63,241 nucleotides of DNA from Octopus bimaculoides (Eukaryota): contig NC_068982.1 of assembly GCF_001194135.2 (NCBI RefSeq), positions 62,815,131 through 62,878,371 of the forward strand, given 5' to 3'. This document shows positions 24,648 through 37,257 of the stretch, piece after piece. The notes under the pieces were generated by a model. That model was not told where the DNA came from and ran no database searches. It saw nothing but the letters and a program-made list of their open reading frames with translations. Every line of letters begins with the position of its first letter. The first letter of the stretch is position 1. A program made the position numbers and the translations under genes.

Positions 24648-27225
24648 GGAGTAGAAAGTGGAAGGAAGAGGGTAGAGAATGTGGGAGTGGGTCAGAATGA
24701 AGGGGGTCTCCTAAATAAACTACTGTATTTGATAAGGTAAATGCACTTTTCTGGAAGACATTACTACTGAAGCACATTGTAATCAGTACCGCTTCTAGCA
24801 GAAGCCTACCACAACACGCACACTGTGCTCACATTTTCATATCTGTCTATACTCATAGATAGATAGATGCTATAATAGACAATTCAGAAACTAAGCGGAG
24901 AAATAGGCAAGTGTAAAAGCTGATGAATTTGATCCTAATTCTGGAAGATTTAATTACGATATATCGTATTAAAGTAGCCCAGAAGCGAGAGTGCTATCTT
25001 CATACAAAAAGGGTTAATTAATATATTTGCTATATTAATGGCCTACCTTGCTTCACTTGCTTGAATCTACGGCAACATTAGATTACATCGACCCATCGAA
25101 CTACTGAATTAATGATTTCGATGATAAGTCGAAAACAGTAAACCTAAATAAACTGCAGTCAGTAATCATAGTTGAATGAATGGGCAATACACGACAAATG
25201 TGGCTGGCGAAGGTTACAGCAATTGCTTGAATCACACTAAAATAATTGAGAAACGTTATGAGATTAGTGATGCTGGTTGCTATTGCTGTTAGTGATGGTG
25301 GTAGTGAGAGTGTCGTTGGTGCTACTGAAAGAAAAAGAGAATGAGAGAGAGATGCATTCCTTTTATATGTATAATTCTCTTTAAAATCGCAACTGATCAA
25401 ATTGATAGACTGCTAGCTTCCCAAAGTGAAAAGTTTTTCATTCGTATCCAATCAATATGCCTACTTTCACACAGCTCTCGCAGGATGAATAAATCCAGTT
25501 GTAATAGATACCATTAGATATATAACTCACCCCTATGACAGAACACTGCATAAGAGAAATCTTTGCTAATATATCGTCACATGACTAACTCAAAACACGA
25601 AAATGTGTTACAATGGAAGTCAGGGCCAGTAGAGCTTCACGCAATCTCAATTCGCCTGCACTATACATATAAGTCTATGTGAAAATGTAAACAATCAGTA
25701 TTCAAAGTACAGGCCACATCGAATGCTAGGTCTTGACAGTTCACCTGTGAAATACATGAACGCACTTAGAAATCAATCAATCAGTCAAATGTTTCTCTTC
25801 AATATCATGGCGAAATACCACCTCCAGTTTATTGATGCAACAGTGAAGTTGGCTGTATTGTTAGGGCGACAGAGTACCAGTTGCAGGATTGACAATTCGT
25901 TTTTTTCTGTTGTAGACTTTTTGTATTTCTGGACAGTATATTTAACTTGCAAGCTTTATATAGATATTAATGAGCTGGCAATGCTGATTTTAAAAACTAA
26001 TACAGACTTGGAAACTATCTTAGTATTCAACCATTGACAGAAATTCACAAATCGTTCCAGTTATCCTTATCATATTGTTTATTAACATTTCTTCGACTCA
26101 TCGGTTGTGATGTCTTTGACAGCCCGTTCCACGACATAGGTCTGTCAGCTCAATACTATAGTAGAAACTCTGACGATGATTTTTGTTGGCCGGAAGTGGC
26201 ACTTTGTGTTTTTCCATAACAGTCCTTGAGATAAACTCTTCATACGAAACAGCCTCTGTATGGTTGTTCGATTTGATGGACATAGCAACCAAATCTTTCA
26301 AATCATGCACATGCCATCTTAAAAAAGGATAATGTAAACTTGGACACACTACGTGTGAAAAGTGTTTATGTGTTGGCCACAGTTACAATGCTTTTGATAG
26401 GAGGTCTGAAGGATCAGGATTGACATGGGCTAAACAACAAATATTTCAATATTCTTTATATTAAACTTCTAATTCAGCTTACAATTGCGATCTGAAATCA
26501 GTTTCTGCATTTATTATCGATATTTGCTTCTCTTAGCAAAGTACAAGTAAAAAAGCACCTATAGTTTTGAGAAAAGGGCATTAGATATAATAGCAAAGAA
26601 ATTAGCTCTAAGTGAGAATCGAAACCACGTTGCAGACTCGATACTGGAGAATACTGCGTTCTTTTGACAAGGCAGAAAACCCAATTTCCTTATACATAAA
26701 ATGTTGAAGTCAGTTTTAGAAACATAAATAGCGTTTTGGAAGTAGACTCCATTGATTTGCAAGAAACTTACTTGTTCTAGATAACTGTGGGCTATATAAT
26801 TAATTATTAAAATTGTAACTTCTGAAAGAAAACTATCTTTATAACCAATTAAGTTGTCTTATTCTGAAACATTATAAAGAAGTATTTGGCAAATTGAATA
26901 CGAATATCAGTTATAGTGACAGCTGTGTGGCGTATATAAAAATCATGACGGAGGAGGCATGAAAACTTTCACAGTTTTCAATGTCAATAATAGTTGCTAA
27001 AACATGAATATCACCGTAACTTGTAGAAAAATATTCATTTCTATCAGTGAAACAAGACCAAATCTTGTATAAAAGAGGAGGATGCTGTCCACTGAATCAA
27101 CCTCGGTATACTACTGGTATTTATTTCATTGACTGTGGGCGCAAAAAAAGAAGTAATATTGATCACAGCTTGGTAGTTGAACCTAAACAGAAATTCACCA
27201 CCTAACTAAATGCCTCAACGCATTT

Positions 27226-27261
<36 letters not shown>

Positions 27262-27976
27262 AAAACTCAGTGAGTCAGGAGACCCTATTGTTCAGTGACA
27301 TTCAAATCTCTTTTTTCTTAAGAAGCATCGTATCTATGACTACACTCTACAAATATCCTTTACTTTTTCATATAGCAGAATAGGATTTGACAGAGATATT
27401 TGACTTTATTTATTGCATGATGAATGATCGCATACAGGTCTCCATCAGTAGTTATATGATTTGCAGATTCCGCTGTGTTGTAAAGCTGTTCTTAATAAAG
27501 ATATTATAATTACAATTAAATAATTATTCAACAAAAACAATATCGATATAGACAACATCAAAATGTTAGACGGACATCTTAATTATATAAGAGGTCGAAA
27601 CGCAGCAGTAGAGATCGCTGGAGTGTCCTGGCTTTGTGTTATAAAAGGGGTTATAAAATATGGATAACTAGCGGTAGTGTGATCTTAATTAATGCATAAT
27701 ATAGCCAATAGATGACAATAAAGTGGTTGTTTTAATGATCTTTATCTTTTTTATGAGTAATTATTTGTTGCTGTTGATAGAATTACAATTTGTTGTTCAT
27801 GGAGTTGTTGCTATTGTAACTAATGTTGTGGTAACTTCTTATTTCTCCTTTGTTTCATGGTATATATATTTTATGTGCAATAGGAGTTTAGTTTTCTGTT
27901 GAAGAGTTCAAATCTAGCCGCAAACAATGTGTTCCTACCCGAATGTAGCAATAAACGTAATTTCAATGCATAAGTC

Positions 27977-28018
<42 letters not shown>

Positions 28019-28541
28019 AAGTAGTAGTAGTTATTGTCATGGTCGTCGTCGTTGTTGCTGCTGTGGTTGCAGCTCCAGGTCCGCTTTGATTGTGCATACG
28101 GCTAACCAAAGTGTTTGAAGTCTAGGCCAAAGGCACTTTTTCAAAGGCATAATGCAGTAATTTATCATGCCTATGATAGTTCAGCATATCCATTTTCTTA
28201 GACTGTAACATGCGATTGGAAAAAACATTTAACTGTTATTTATATAATTTCGAAGTGTTTAATTGTTGTACGGTTAAAATTCGCATCCAGCTTGTATCGG
28301 TGGTTCGTTGGATAAAACACTAAATTCATTTCACTTCCTTCTATAATTTCAAAGAATGATTCTGAGAGAAAGGGATTTAAAATTTATATTTCGAAATCTT
28401 GAGTAGTCTCAAGAAAAGAAGAACTGTTGCTTGTGAGTCAGGGGTGATATTATAACATTTGGTACAATGCTCCTTGTTTCGTGATCAAAACCAGTAGGAG
28501 TATATTTTACATTTTATTATTCTAAGATGAAAAAAGAAAAC

Positions 28542-28542
<1 letters not shown>

Positions 28543-28603
<61 letters not shown>
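28543..28603. repeat. (TAA)n microsatellite
   Basis: Direct inspection. Confidence 0.95.
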
Positions 28604-28604
<1 letters not shown>

Positions 28605-29680
28605 TGGCAAAGATGATGAAGAGCTTGAAGGACTACTACATACTGTGAAAGGATTCAGTGATGATATCGGGATGGAGTTTGGCCTTGAAAAGTGTGCCAA
28701 AGCCACTTTTAAGAAAGGGAAACTGGTAAAGTCAAGTTCAATAGAATTAGATGTCGAAACAGTAATAAAGGAACTTGAGCAGGAACAGACTTATAAATAC
28801 CTAGGAATAAATTAAGGCTCTGGTATCCAGCATGCAAGCATGAAAGAGAAGGTTAGGAAGGAATGTTATAGAAGAATTCGAGTAGTTCTGAAGTCTGAGC
28901 TGAATGCATATAATAAGGTGTTAGCCATAAATTCCTTAGCAGTCCCAGTTGTTCTTTATAACTTCAATGTGCTTAACTTGAATACCAGTGAAATAAAGAA
29001 AATTTATAGAAAAATCCGCAAGCTACTGACTCATAATAAGATGCACCATCCCAGAGCTCAGGGAGGTCGAGGCTTGATCCAGCTTGAACTTACGTACAAA
29101 ACCAAATACCTTGGCCAAATACCTTGACTGGCCAAATACCTTGAAACAACCAACGATTGGATGCTGAAACTTGTTGAAAAACATGAAAGACCGAAAAAAC
29201 TTCACTCTATTCTGAAAGAGAGCTAAAAATTCGCTACTGATCTCTTAGATACCTACCAGATTGATCAGGCTGAAGGAAATGCGCCAACTGCTGCTGCAAT
29301 GAAAATAGAATTAATTGCAAAGACAAAAAAGCACATGAAAAATTAGCTATCAGATGGGAACAAAGATCTCTGTATGGCAAGTATGTGGCCCGTAGCAAAC
29401 AAGCTGATGTCGACCAGAAACACACGCATCAATGGTTACGAAGCTCAGGGCCAAAAGCAGAGAGTGAAGGTTTCATATTAGCTGCTCAAGACCAAAGCTT
29501 ATTAACCCGGAACTACCAAGCAAATGTGATAAAAAATAGAGCTGACCCAAAATGCCGATTCTGAAACGATGAGATTGAAACTATAGACCACCTAATCTCA
29601 AAGTGTAGAGTCTTAGCATCCGTAGAATATAAAGCAAAACTGTAGGTTATATGTATTGGTTTTGTTAAAACATGCCAGAA
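28604..29680 (+). mobile_element. R4/Dong-type LINE, second subfamily, RT-to-CCHC fragment, decayed
   Basis: YGKDDEELEGLLHTVKGFSDDIGMEFGLEKCAK, YKYLG, ELNAYNKVLAINSLAVPVV, GGRGLIQLE, KAESEGFILAAQDQSLLTRNY, and CRF..ETIDHLISKC, with stops and frameshifts. Confidence 0.9.
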
Positions 29681-30596
29681 ACACATGCTTCTGTCTGGTG
29701 AAAATTGTCCCAAACGTTGAATCAGAACCAAAATTAGTGTTGAAATTCGACGAGATGGGCACGTCTCTGACACTAAGACGACTCAGACAGCAACATAAAC
29801 GGCAAGTTATTTCTTGATACAAACAATCCTTGGGTTGATTAATGTCATGACCATGAAACTTGAGAAGTGTATGAAAAAGAAAACCATAAGAAATAACAAC
29901 GAATATTGTATTATAAGGTCCAAAATATAAAGTTTAACAAAGATAGGAGGAAACTATGTATTAATGCTTCTAAATAGCAAAGAAAGTATACAAACAATAT
30001 AATACATATGTAATTAAGTAACGTTAAACAAAATTATAATATCTACGAATTAGATTACTGCCAGGGAATTAGATTAGTATTGTGGAATGAATTCAAGGCC
30101 TAGAACAAAAGGAATGAACATAATTACTGGTCAACTTGATTCGATAGTTAACGACAGTGGCAAGGTGATATATAGGAAATTAAGGAAACGCGAAGTATAT
30201 AATTAGATAGACAAAGAAAATGACGATAGAATTCTGAATCTCTAGTCAGAAATTTCATGTAAACAGAATATTATTGCTGTAGACTCGAAGTTTTGTTTGG
30301 AACGTTCTTTGCATTAAAGATTTGTATAATAATTCTTGACAATATACAGCCCGATCACGATCACGGTCACCATTACCATCACCATCACAAACACTAATGG
30401 TAAAGAGAAGCAAGGTCACGGCTTTCTTCAATATAGTAAGAGAGATTGATATCAGAAACATCAAAACCTCAACATCAGAAGGATTATATTCTTCATACTT
30501 CGTCACATAATGTTTAATGATTCCAAGAGTTTTACATATTTTGACCGATTTTTCCAATATGTTTGGTGTCTGTATTTGCTCGAGTGGTTTGTGGTG

Positions 30597-30648
<52 letters not shown>

Positions 30649-30811
30649 GCGTGTGCGTGCGTGCGTGCGTGTGTGTGTGTGTGTCTGTGTGTGTGTGTGT
30701 CTTTTATACATACATACATACATACATGCATACATACATACATATAGAAGAAATACACATAATTATATATATATATATATATTTTTTTTATTTAAAATGC
30801 AGAGATGCCTA

Positions 30812-30914
30812 TAATAGGACATCTACTCGCTAGAAATAGCAGCAAAAGACTATATACCAATTTTTGTGGTATATAGTCTTTTGCTGCTATTTCTAGCGAG
30901 TAGATGTCCTATTA
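30812..30914. repeat. Perfect inverted repeat, 48-bp arms with 7-nt spacer, abutting an N-gap
   Basis: TAATAGGACATCTACTCGCTAGAAATAGCAGCAAAAGACTATATACCA-ATTTTTG-exact reverse complement. Confidence 0.9.
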
Positions 30915-32825
30915 NNNNNNNNNNNNNNNNNNNNNNNNNNNNNNNNNNNNNNNNNNNNNNNNNNNNNNNNNNNNNNNNNNNNNNNNNNNNNNNNNNNNNN
31001 NNNNNNNNNNNNNNNNNNNNNNNNNNNNNNNNNNNNNNNNNNNNNNNNNNNNNNNNNNNNNNNNNNNNNNNNNNNNNNNNNNNNNNNNNNNNNNNNNNNN
31101 NNNNNNNNNNNNNNNNNNNNNNNNNNNNNNNTATATATATATATATATATATATTGTATCGTGTGTTGTGTCTGCAGTTAGATGTATCATTGCTACATAT
31201 AGATTATCATCAACTAGTCTTCTTCCTCTATAGTGGTGTAAGAACTCCTATTGTTAGTAGTATCTGTGCCTACGTATGTTTCACTGTTGTGTTTGTTTGG
31301 GATTCTGCATTAGCTGCTATATGTGCAATTGGATACTTAACTACAACGATTTATCGGATAAGTCCTTATTCCATAGAGTTTAGTCCTCTGTAACATAATG
31401 GAATAAAGTGTTTCCTGATGACCCATTGTGTTTCAACAACCAATTCTACTTGGGATATCAAATACAGAATTCCAAACACACACACAGTGGGAAAATGTAC
31501 ATACGAACAAATTATATAATCCTGTGTTTATCGTATTTTCTCATTTATATATTTATGTATGTGTATGTATGTGTGTCTGCGTGTTTGTATGTGTATGAAT
31601 GTGTGTATATTTGTAAATATGTATGAATATTTATATCTACATCTATCTATATATATATTTATACACATACATAATACATGCATTCATGAAAGTAAGTAAT
31701 GTAACACTGTTAATTCCAGTGGAGATTATTCCCCTAATCTTAACATTGAATTTACGTGTAAAAAGCTGAACAATCAACAGAAATATGTCTATAACATAAT
31801 ATTCATGTTAGTATGTCATATAGTTTATTAAGACTGAGCTTTCAAATTACTGAGACATTCATCCGACATGCTTTCATGTAGTTTCCGTCTACCCTACTTC
31901 ACTCACTTGGTCCGTCCCAAGGACATGGACATAGTAAAATAAATACTTACAAGCATGGCACACGATATGATTAACGTTGAGACCCCGTGATTACGGAGCT
32001 AGCTTCTTGACCAATTGGATATATGTTTATATNNNNNNNNNNNNNNNNNNNNNNNNNNNNNNNNNNNNNNNNNNNNNNNNNNNNNNNNNNNNNNNNNNNN
32101 NNNNNNNNNNNNNNNNNNNNNNNNNNNNNNNNNNNNNNNNNNNNNNNNNNNNNNNNNNNNNNNNNNNNNNNNNNNNNNNNNNNNNNNNNNNNNNNNNNNN
32201 NNNNNNNNNNNNNNNNNNNNNNNNNNNNNNNNNNNNNNNNNNNNNNNNNNNNNNNNNNNNNNNNNNNNNNNNNNNNNNNNNNNNNNNNNNNNNNNNNNNN
32301 NNNNNNNNNNNNNNNNNNNNNNNNNNNNNNNNNNNNNNNNNNNNNNNNNNNNNNNNNNNNNNNNNNNNNNNNNNNNNNNNNNNNNNNNNNNNNNNNNNNN
32401 NNNNNNNNNNNNNNNNNNNNNNNNNNNNNNNNNNNNNNNNNNNNNNNNNNNNNNNNNNNNNNNNNNNNNNNNNNNNNNNNNNNNNNNNNNNNNNNNNNNN
32501 NNNNNNNNNNNNNNNNNNNNNNNNNNNNNNNNNNNNNNNNNNNNNNNNNNNNNNNNNNNNNNNNNNNNNNNNNNNNNNNNNNNNNNNNNNNNNNNNNNNN
32601 NNNNNNNNNNNNNNNNNNNNNNNNNNNNNNNNNNNNNNNNNNNNNNNNNNNNNNNNNNNNNNNNNNNNNNNNNNNNNNNNNNNNNNNNNNNNNNNNNNNN
32701 NNNNNNNNNNNNNNNNNNNNNNNNNNNNNNNNNNNNNNNNNNNNNNNNNNNNNNNNNNNNNNNNNNNNNNNNNNNNNNNNNNNNNNNNNNNNNNNNNNNT
32801 ATATATATATATATATATACATATA

Positions 32826-32873
<48 letters not shown>

Positions 32874-32984
32874 CAGAAAATAAAACGAATGCTAAATATC
32901 TGGTAGCTTTCTGTTAATGTACGGTCACACTTTTACAGTGTTCGTTATGTATTTGGTAAATGAAAGATGGGAGATACGAGAATT

Positions 32985-33043
32985 TTTATTAATCACGACA
33001 ATTGTTTCGACACATCTAGCATCGATCCCTCACAGGTAGGATA
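32985..33043 (-). ncRNA. Degenerate minimal hammerhead-ribozyme-like motif followed by AATAAA (Penelope pLTR-like remnant)
   Basis: Minus strand TATCCTAC-CTG(-)TGA-GGGATCGATGCTAGATGTGTC-GAAAC-AATT-GTC-GTGATT-AATAAA. Stem III is the palindrome ACAATTGT, the cleavage triplet is GUC, and core A6 is missing. Confidence 0.45.
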
Positions 33044-33562
33044 CTTAACAACTAGTTCAGGAGCATCCGACGCTCCAGATGTGTTTGTTCGGGTGATAAA
33101 TAGTTACAACTCTTTAAAATAACAGTTCCGCAATGTATCTTCTTATTTCGCGTAAAGAAAAAGATCGAAAGAAAGGATATATCTTCATTTATATAGAAGA
33201 TCACAAATAAAATAACAGATGCAAAAAAAGAAAACAACGCACAATACAGCGAGAAAAGTATTAAAAATAAACGTTAATAGACATGGATGTATAAACGCCC
33301 TCGCGCAAGCTACATGGGGCATGTGCGCTCGCTCATACAAGCATGCACGAAGATGTAAACATAGGCACGCATGTGGTTTGGTACACACAAGTTTACATAG
33401 CCAGTTAAATAGCTATCTGGTGTTTATAAGAATGTGGAGATTAAAGTTAAACTTAACTCAGCAATACCTAAGTTATGTTAACAGTTATTCAATTTCATTC
33501 CCACTACATTGTGCGAAAGTACATGTGTGTGTGTGTGTGTACTTGTGTATGTGTGTGTGTAC

Positions 33563-33603
<41 letters not shown>

Positions 33604-34271
33604 CGTGTGTGTGTGTGTGTTTGTATTGTTGTATTTCGGGGTGGTCTTTTTTTATGCCAAATAAACTCATGCTCTATATATTTGTTCTTCACTCGTTTGT
33701 TACTGTTCTTATTTTAACTCATGTCCATTGTCCAGAAATCTTTCGTCACACACCTGTGACCTCTTCAGTGAAACTTTCCGTCCTCCTGTATGCTCCTGCT
33801 CCAAGCGAGATTTGTATAGCAGGTTAGTGTCTCTGTTCTAATAATAAGGAGAAGACTGCATAAAAACCGTAGAGTGACATCGTGAAATAATTCAAGTTTG
33901 TATGACTTGTAGAAAGACTTTGCTGATATAATTAGCCAGATATGGGTTAATATTTAAAGTACTTTTAGCTTCATTTTCAAATATCATATTGTAATAATTC
34001 ACGTTCTACAGCAATGTAAAAAAACACGATATCGATTGGAGACAGAGAAAAGTTGCGTGGAGACAACATCTCGTTTGATTGATATGAATTGACTGCAATT
34101 TCATTCATTCGTACACTTTGTCTGTCTCACCATAACTTTTCCGAAAAATAAACTAACATATAGAACATAAAATGGCGTTTAAGTGACAAGTGATATGTGA
34201 GAATGAAAGCAAAACATGCGGTTGAATATGATATTATTTCTGTTACGGGTTTACATTATTTTGAAACGAAT

Positions 34272-34663
34272 TTTTTTTGTTGTTGGCACTCCGTCGCTTA
34301 CGACGTCGAGGGTTCCAGTTGATCCGATCAACGGAACAGCCTGCTCGTGAAATTAACGTGCAAGTGGCTGAGCACTCCACAGACACGTGTACCCTTAACG
34401 TAGTTCTCGGGGATATTCAGTGTGACACAGTGTGACAAGGCTGACCCTTTGAATTACAGGTATAACAGAAACAAGAAGTAAGAGTGAGAGAAAGTTGTGG
34501 TGGAAGAGTACAGCAGGGTTCGTCACCATCCCCTGCCGGAGCCTCGTGGAGCTTTTAGGTGTTTTCGCTCAATAAACACTCACAACGCCCGGTTTTGGAA
34601 TCGAAACCGCGATCCTATGACCGCGAGTCCACTGCCCTAACCACTGGGCCATTGCACCTCCCC
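34272..34663 (-). mobile_element. Full-length young tRNA-headed SINE family C with (CAA)n tail and 12-bp TSD
   Basis: Minus-strand head GGAGGTGCAATGGCCCAGTGGTTAGGGCAGTGGACTCGCGGTCATAGGATCGCGGTTTCGATTCC (A and B boxes), tail GAGTGCCAACAACAAAAAAAA, and TSD TTTGAAACGAAT at 34260-34271 and 34664-34675. Confidence 0.92.
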
Positions 34664-34945
34664 TTTGAAACGAATAAGCCACGTAGAAACCGCAACATTG
34701 GTTCTCGACTTGCTAGCAATATCATCTCAAATATCCTTCCTCTCGCACACTAGTGTTTGTGTTAAGAAAGGAAAGAGACGTTCGAGAATGTAGTTCAAGG
34801 CATGGTGTGCCAGAAAAACAAAAGACAAGGTAGTCACAGCTGGAACACCTTTAATCACAGATGAGATAGATCAGAGCTGATAAAGTGCTAAACAACATCT
34901 ACAACAATCATGAATTAATAAATTATTTAGCTTCAAACGAATCGA

Positions 34946-35155
34946 AGGCGGCGAGCTGGCAGAATCGTTAGCACGCCGGGAAAAATGCTTCGTCCTTACG
35001 CTCTGAGCTTAAATTCCGCCAAGGTCGACTTTGCTTTTCATCCTTTCGGAGTTGATGAAATAAGTACCAGCTGAGCACTGGGGTCAATGTAATCAACTTA
35101 CCCCCATTCTCTGAAACTGTTGACCTTATGCCAAAATTTACTACCAATATTAAAT
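34946..35155 (+). mobile_element. SINE family B
   Basis: AAGGCGGCGAGCTGGCAGAATCGTTAGCACGCCGGG head and GTCGACTTTGCTTTTCATCCTTTCGGAGTTGATGAAATAAGTACCAG. Confidence 0.88.
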
Positions 35156-35822
35156 GATACCAACATTACGTGACGAATTCCGATATTTCCTGAATTAATC
35201 CTATATAGTTTTAAGACATTAGACATAAAGAACCTCTAGTACTTTGTTAGCGTTCACATTTATATCCATCGCAATCCAACAAAATCGATAAAAATGATCG
35301 AGGAGAAACCTAATTTTATGAAACGTACACACAAACAACAAATTGGTTATGGTTTTTCTCTTTGTCTCCCCGCCTCTCTCCACTCTCTCTGCTATTATAG
35401 GCACCGAGTGTAATCTTATTATATGATGTCTTAACCAAATATTTCTACTTTAACCTTGGGTGTGCACAAAGCTCACTTTTGGAACAGACTTTACGGGAAC
35501 TGAAAACTTGTGACATGAATTAAATCTGGTCACCTATTGGGGCTAATGCGGCTTGGGAATTATGTATATGATACATGCCTTTGTGTCATACTCAACCATA
35601 CGCACACGCACGCACGCACACACACACACGCACACGCGCGCACACACGCATGCACTCATATGTATATTATGATTTCGTTTAGGCACAGCAGTACTAATAA
35701 CCAGTTGTTAGAAATTCAGTTTATTTATGCTGTGGAGTAAATCGCTAAGAAAGTACAGAGCACATTACTTCTTATATCTAAAAGTGTTGTAAGCTAATGA
35801 TGGCTACTAGATAGTTAGTTAA

Positions 35823-35881
<59 letters not shown>

Positions 35882-36420
35882 TAACGTAAAGAACAAAATA
35901 TGTATCGGAGTTTAATATGAAGAAAATACTTTGTATTAAATAAATTTTAAAGATGTACAAGTCTCCATTCTTTNNNNNNNNNNNNNNNNNNNNNNNNNNN
36001 NNNNNNNNNNNNNNNNNNNNNNNNNNNNNNNNNNNNNNNNNNNNNNNNNNNNNNNNNNNNNNNNNNNNNNNNNNNNNNNNNNNNNNNNNNNNNNNNNNNN
36101 NNNNNNNNNNNNNNNNNNNNNNNNNNNNNNNNNNNNNNNNNNNNNNNNNNNNNNNNNNNNNNNNNNNNNNNNNNNNNNNNNNNNNNNNNNNNNNNNNNNN
36201 NNNNNNNNNNNNNNNNNNNNNNNNNNNNNNNNNNNNNNNNNNNNNNNNNNNNNNNNNNNNNNNNNNNNNNNNNNNNNNNNNNNNNNNNNNNNNNNNNNNN
36301 NNNNNNNNNNNNNNNNNNNNNNNNNNNNNNNNNNNNNNNNNNNNNNNNNNNNNNNNNNNNNNNNNNNNNNNNNNNNNNNNNNNNNNNNNNNNNNNNNNNN
36401 NNNNNNNNNNNNNNNNNNNN

Positions 36421-36443
36421 TATATATATATATATATATATAC

Positions 36444-36530
<87 letters not shown>

Positions 36531-36555
36531 TGGTAGTAGTAGTAGTAGTAGTACT
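36421..36555. repeat. Compound (TA)n(TAT)n(TAG)n microsatellite
   Basis: Direct inspection. Confidence 0.95.
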
Positions 36556-36708
36556 ACAGTGTCGGCTGTTCACTACCAGTGAACTAAGGTAACGCCTCTT
36601 ATTTTTTGAGCACTTTCCGGAGTATTCGAGCGGTTTCAAGCAGTGCTGTTTACTGCAAGTGCTCCACCCTTATTGCAGCCCCTATTTGTTCCATTATTAT
36701 TATTATTA

Positions 36709-36740
<32 letters not shown>

Positions 36741-37257
36741 TAAAGGTCACAATACATGTATTAAGGTGCTACTAATGGTTTCATATGTTGAGAGAACTCA
36801 AGTATATTCTTCAGGTGCAAACCACATGTCATAACGAACTAAAAAATTAAATAAATAGAAGAAACGCGATGAAACTGAGAAGGCAGCATATAGAAAACGC
36901 AGACAGTAAACAACGGAAAACGAAAAGCAGAAAACGAAACCAAAGTGTCAAAAGATAAAATGTGCTCTCCTCCTTAGGCCTTAAATGATAAGGCTGGAAA
37001 GATATCAAGTCAGTCAGGAATAGGCGGAATTTTCCAATTCTTCAGAATATATTTATACATATGCATGTATCCTCTGAAAATTTCTGACATGGAGCTCAAT
37101 AGAGAGTAAGGGATCTGGGATCTGAACAGGATCTGCGCTCTTTCAGCCAAACAAACTCTACATTTATTCTATGCATTCACATAAGGTATGGATTTCTCAA
37201 TTACTTTCCAGCTTCATCGCGTTTCTTCTATTTATTCAATTTTTTAGTGGCCTTCAG

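Noticed and set aside
24640-24715. G-quadruplex-forming purine tract
   Set aside because: The G-runs are irregular, and it reads as the decayed edge of the adjacent (GA)n.
26772-26821. 50-nt minus-strand exon with TTTCAG/GTAAGT boundaries
   Set aside because: Extremely AT-rich, two of three frames are closed, and the third has no recognisable content; likely chance.
30345-30510. RSRSRSPLPSPS or His-rich peptide exon
   Set aside because: Better explained as a decayed (CAT/CAC)n tract; the frames close quickly.
31132-31393. Hydrophobic ORF resembling a membrane protein
   Set aside because: T-rich composition gives hydrophobic residues by chance; no start, family motif or donor.
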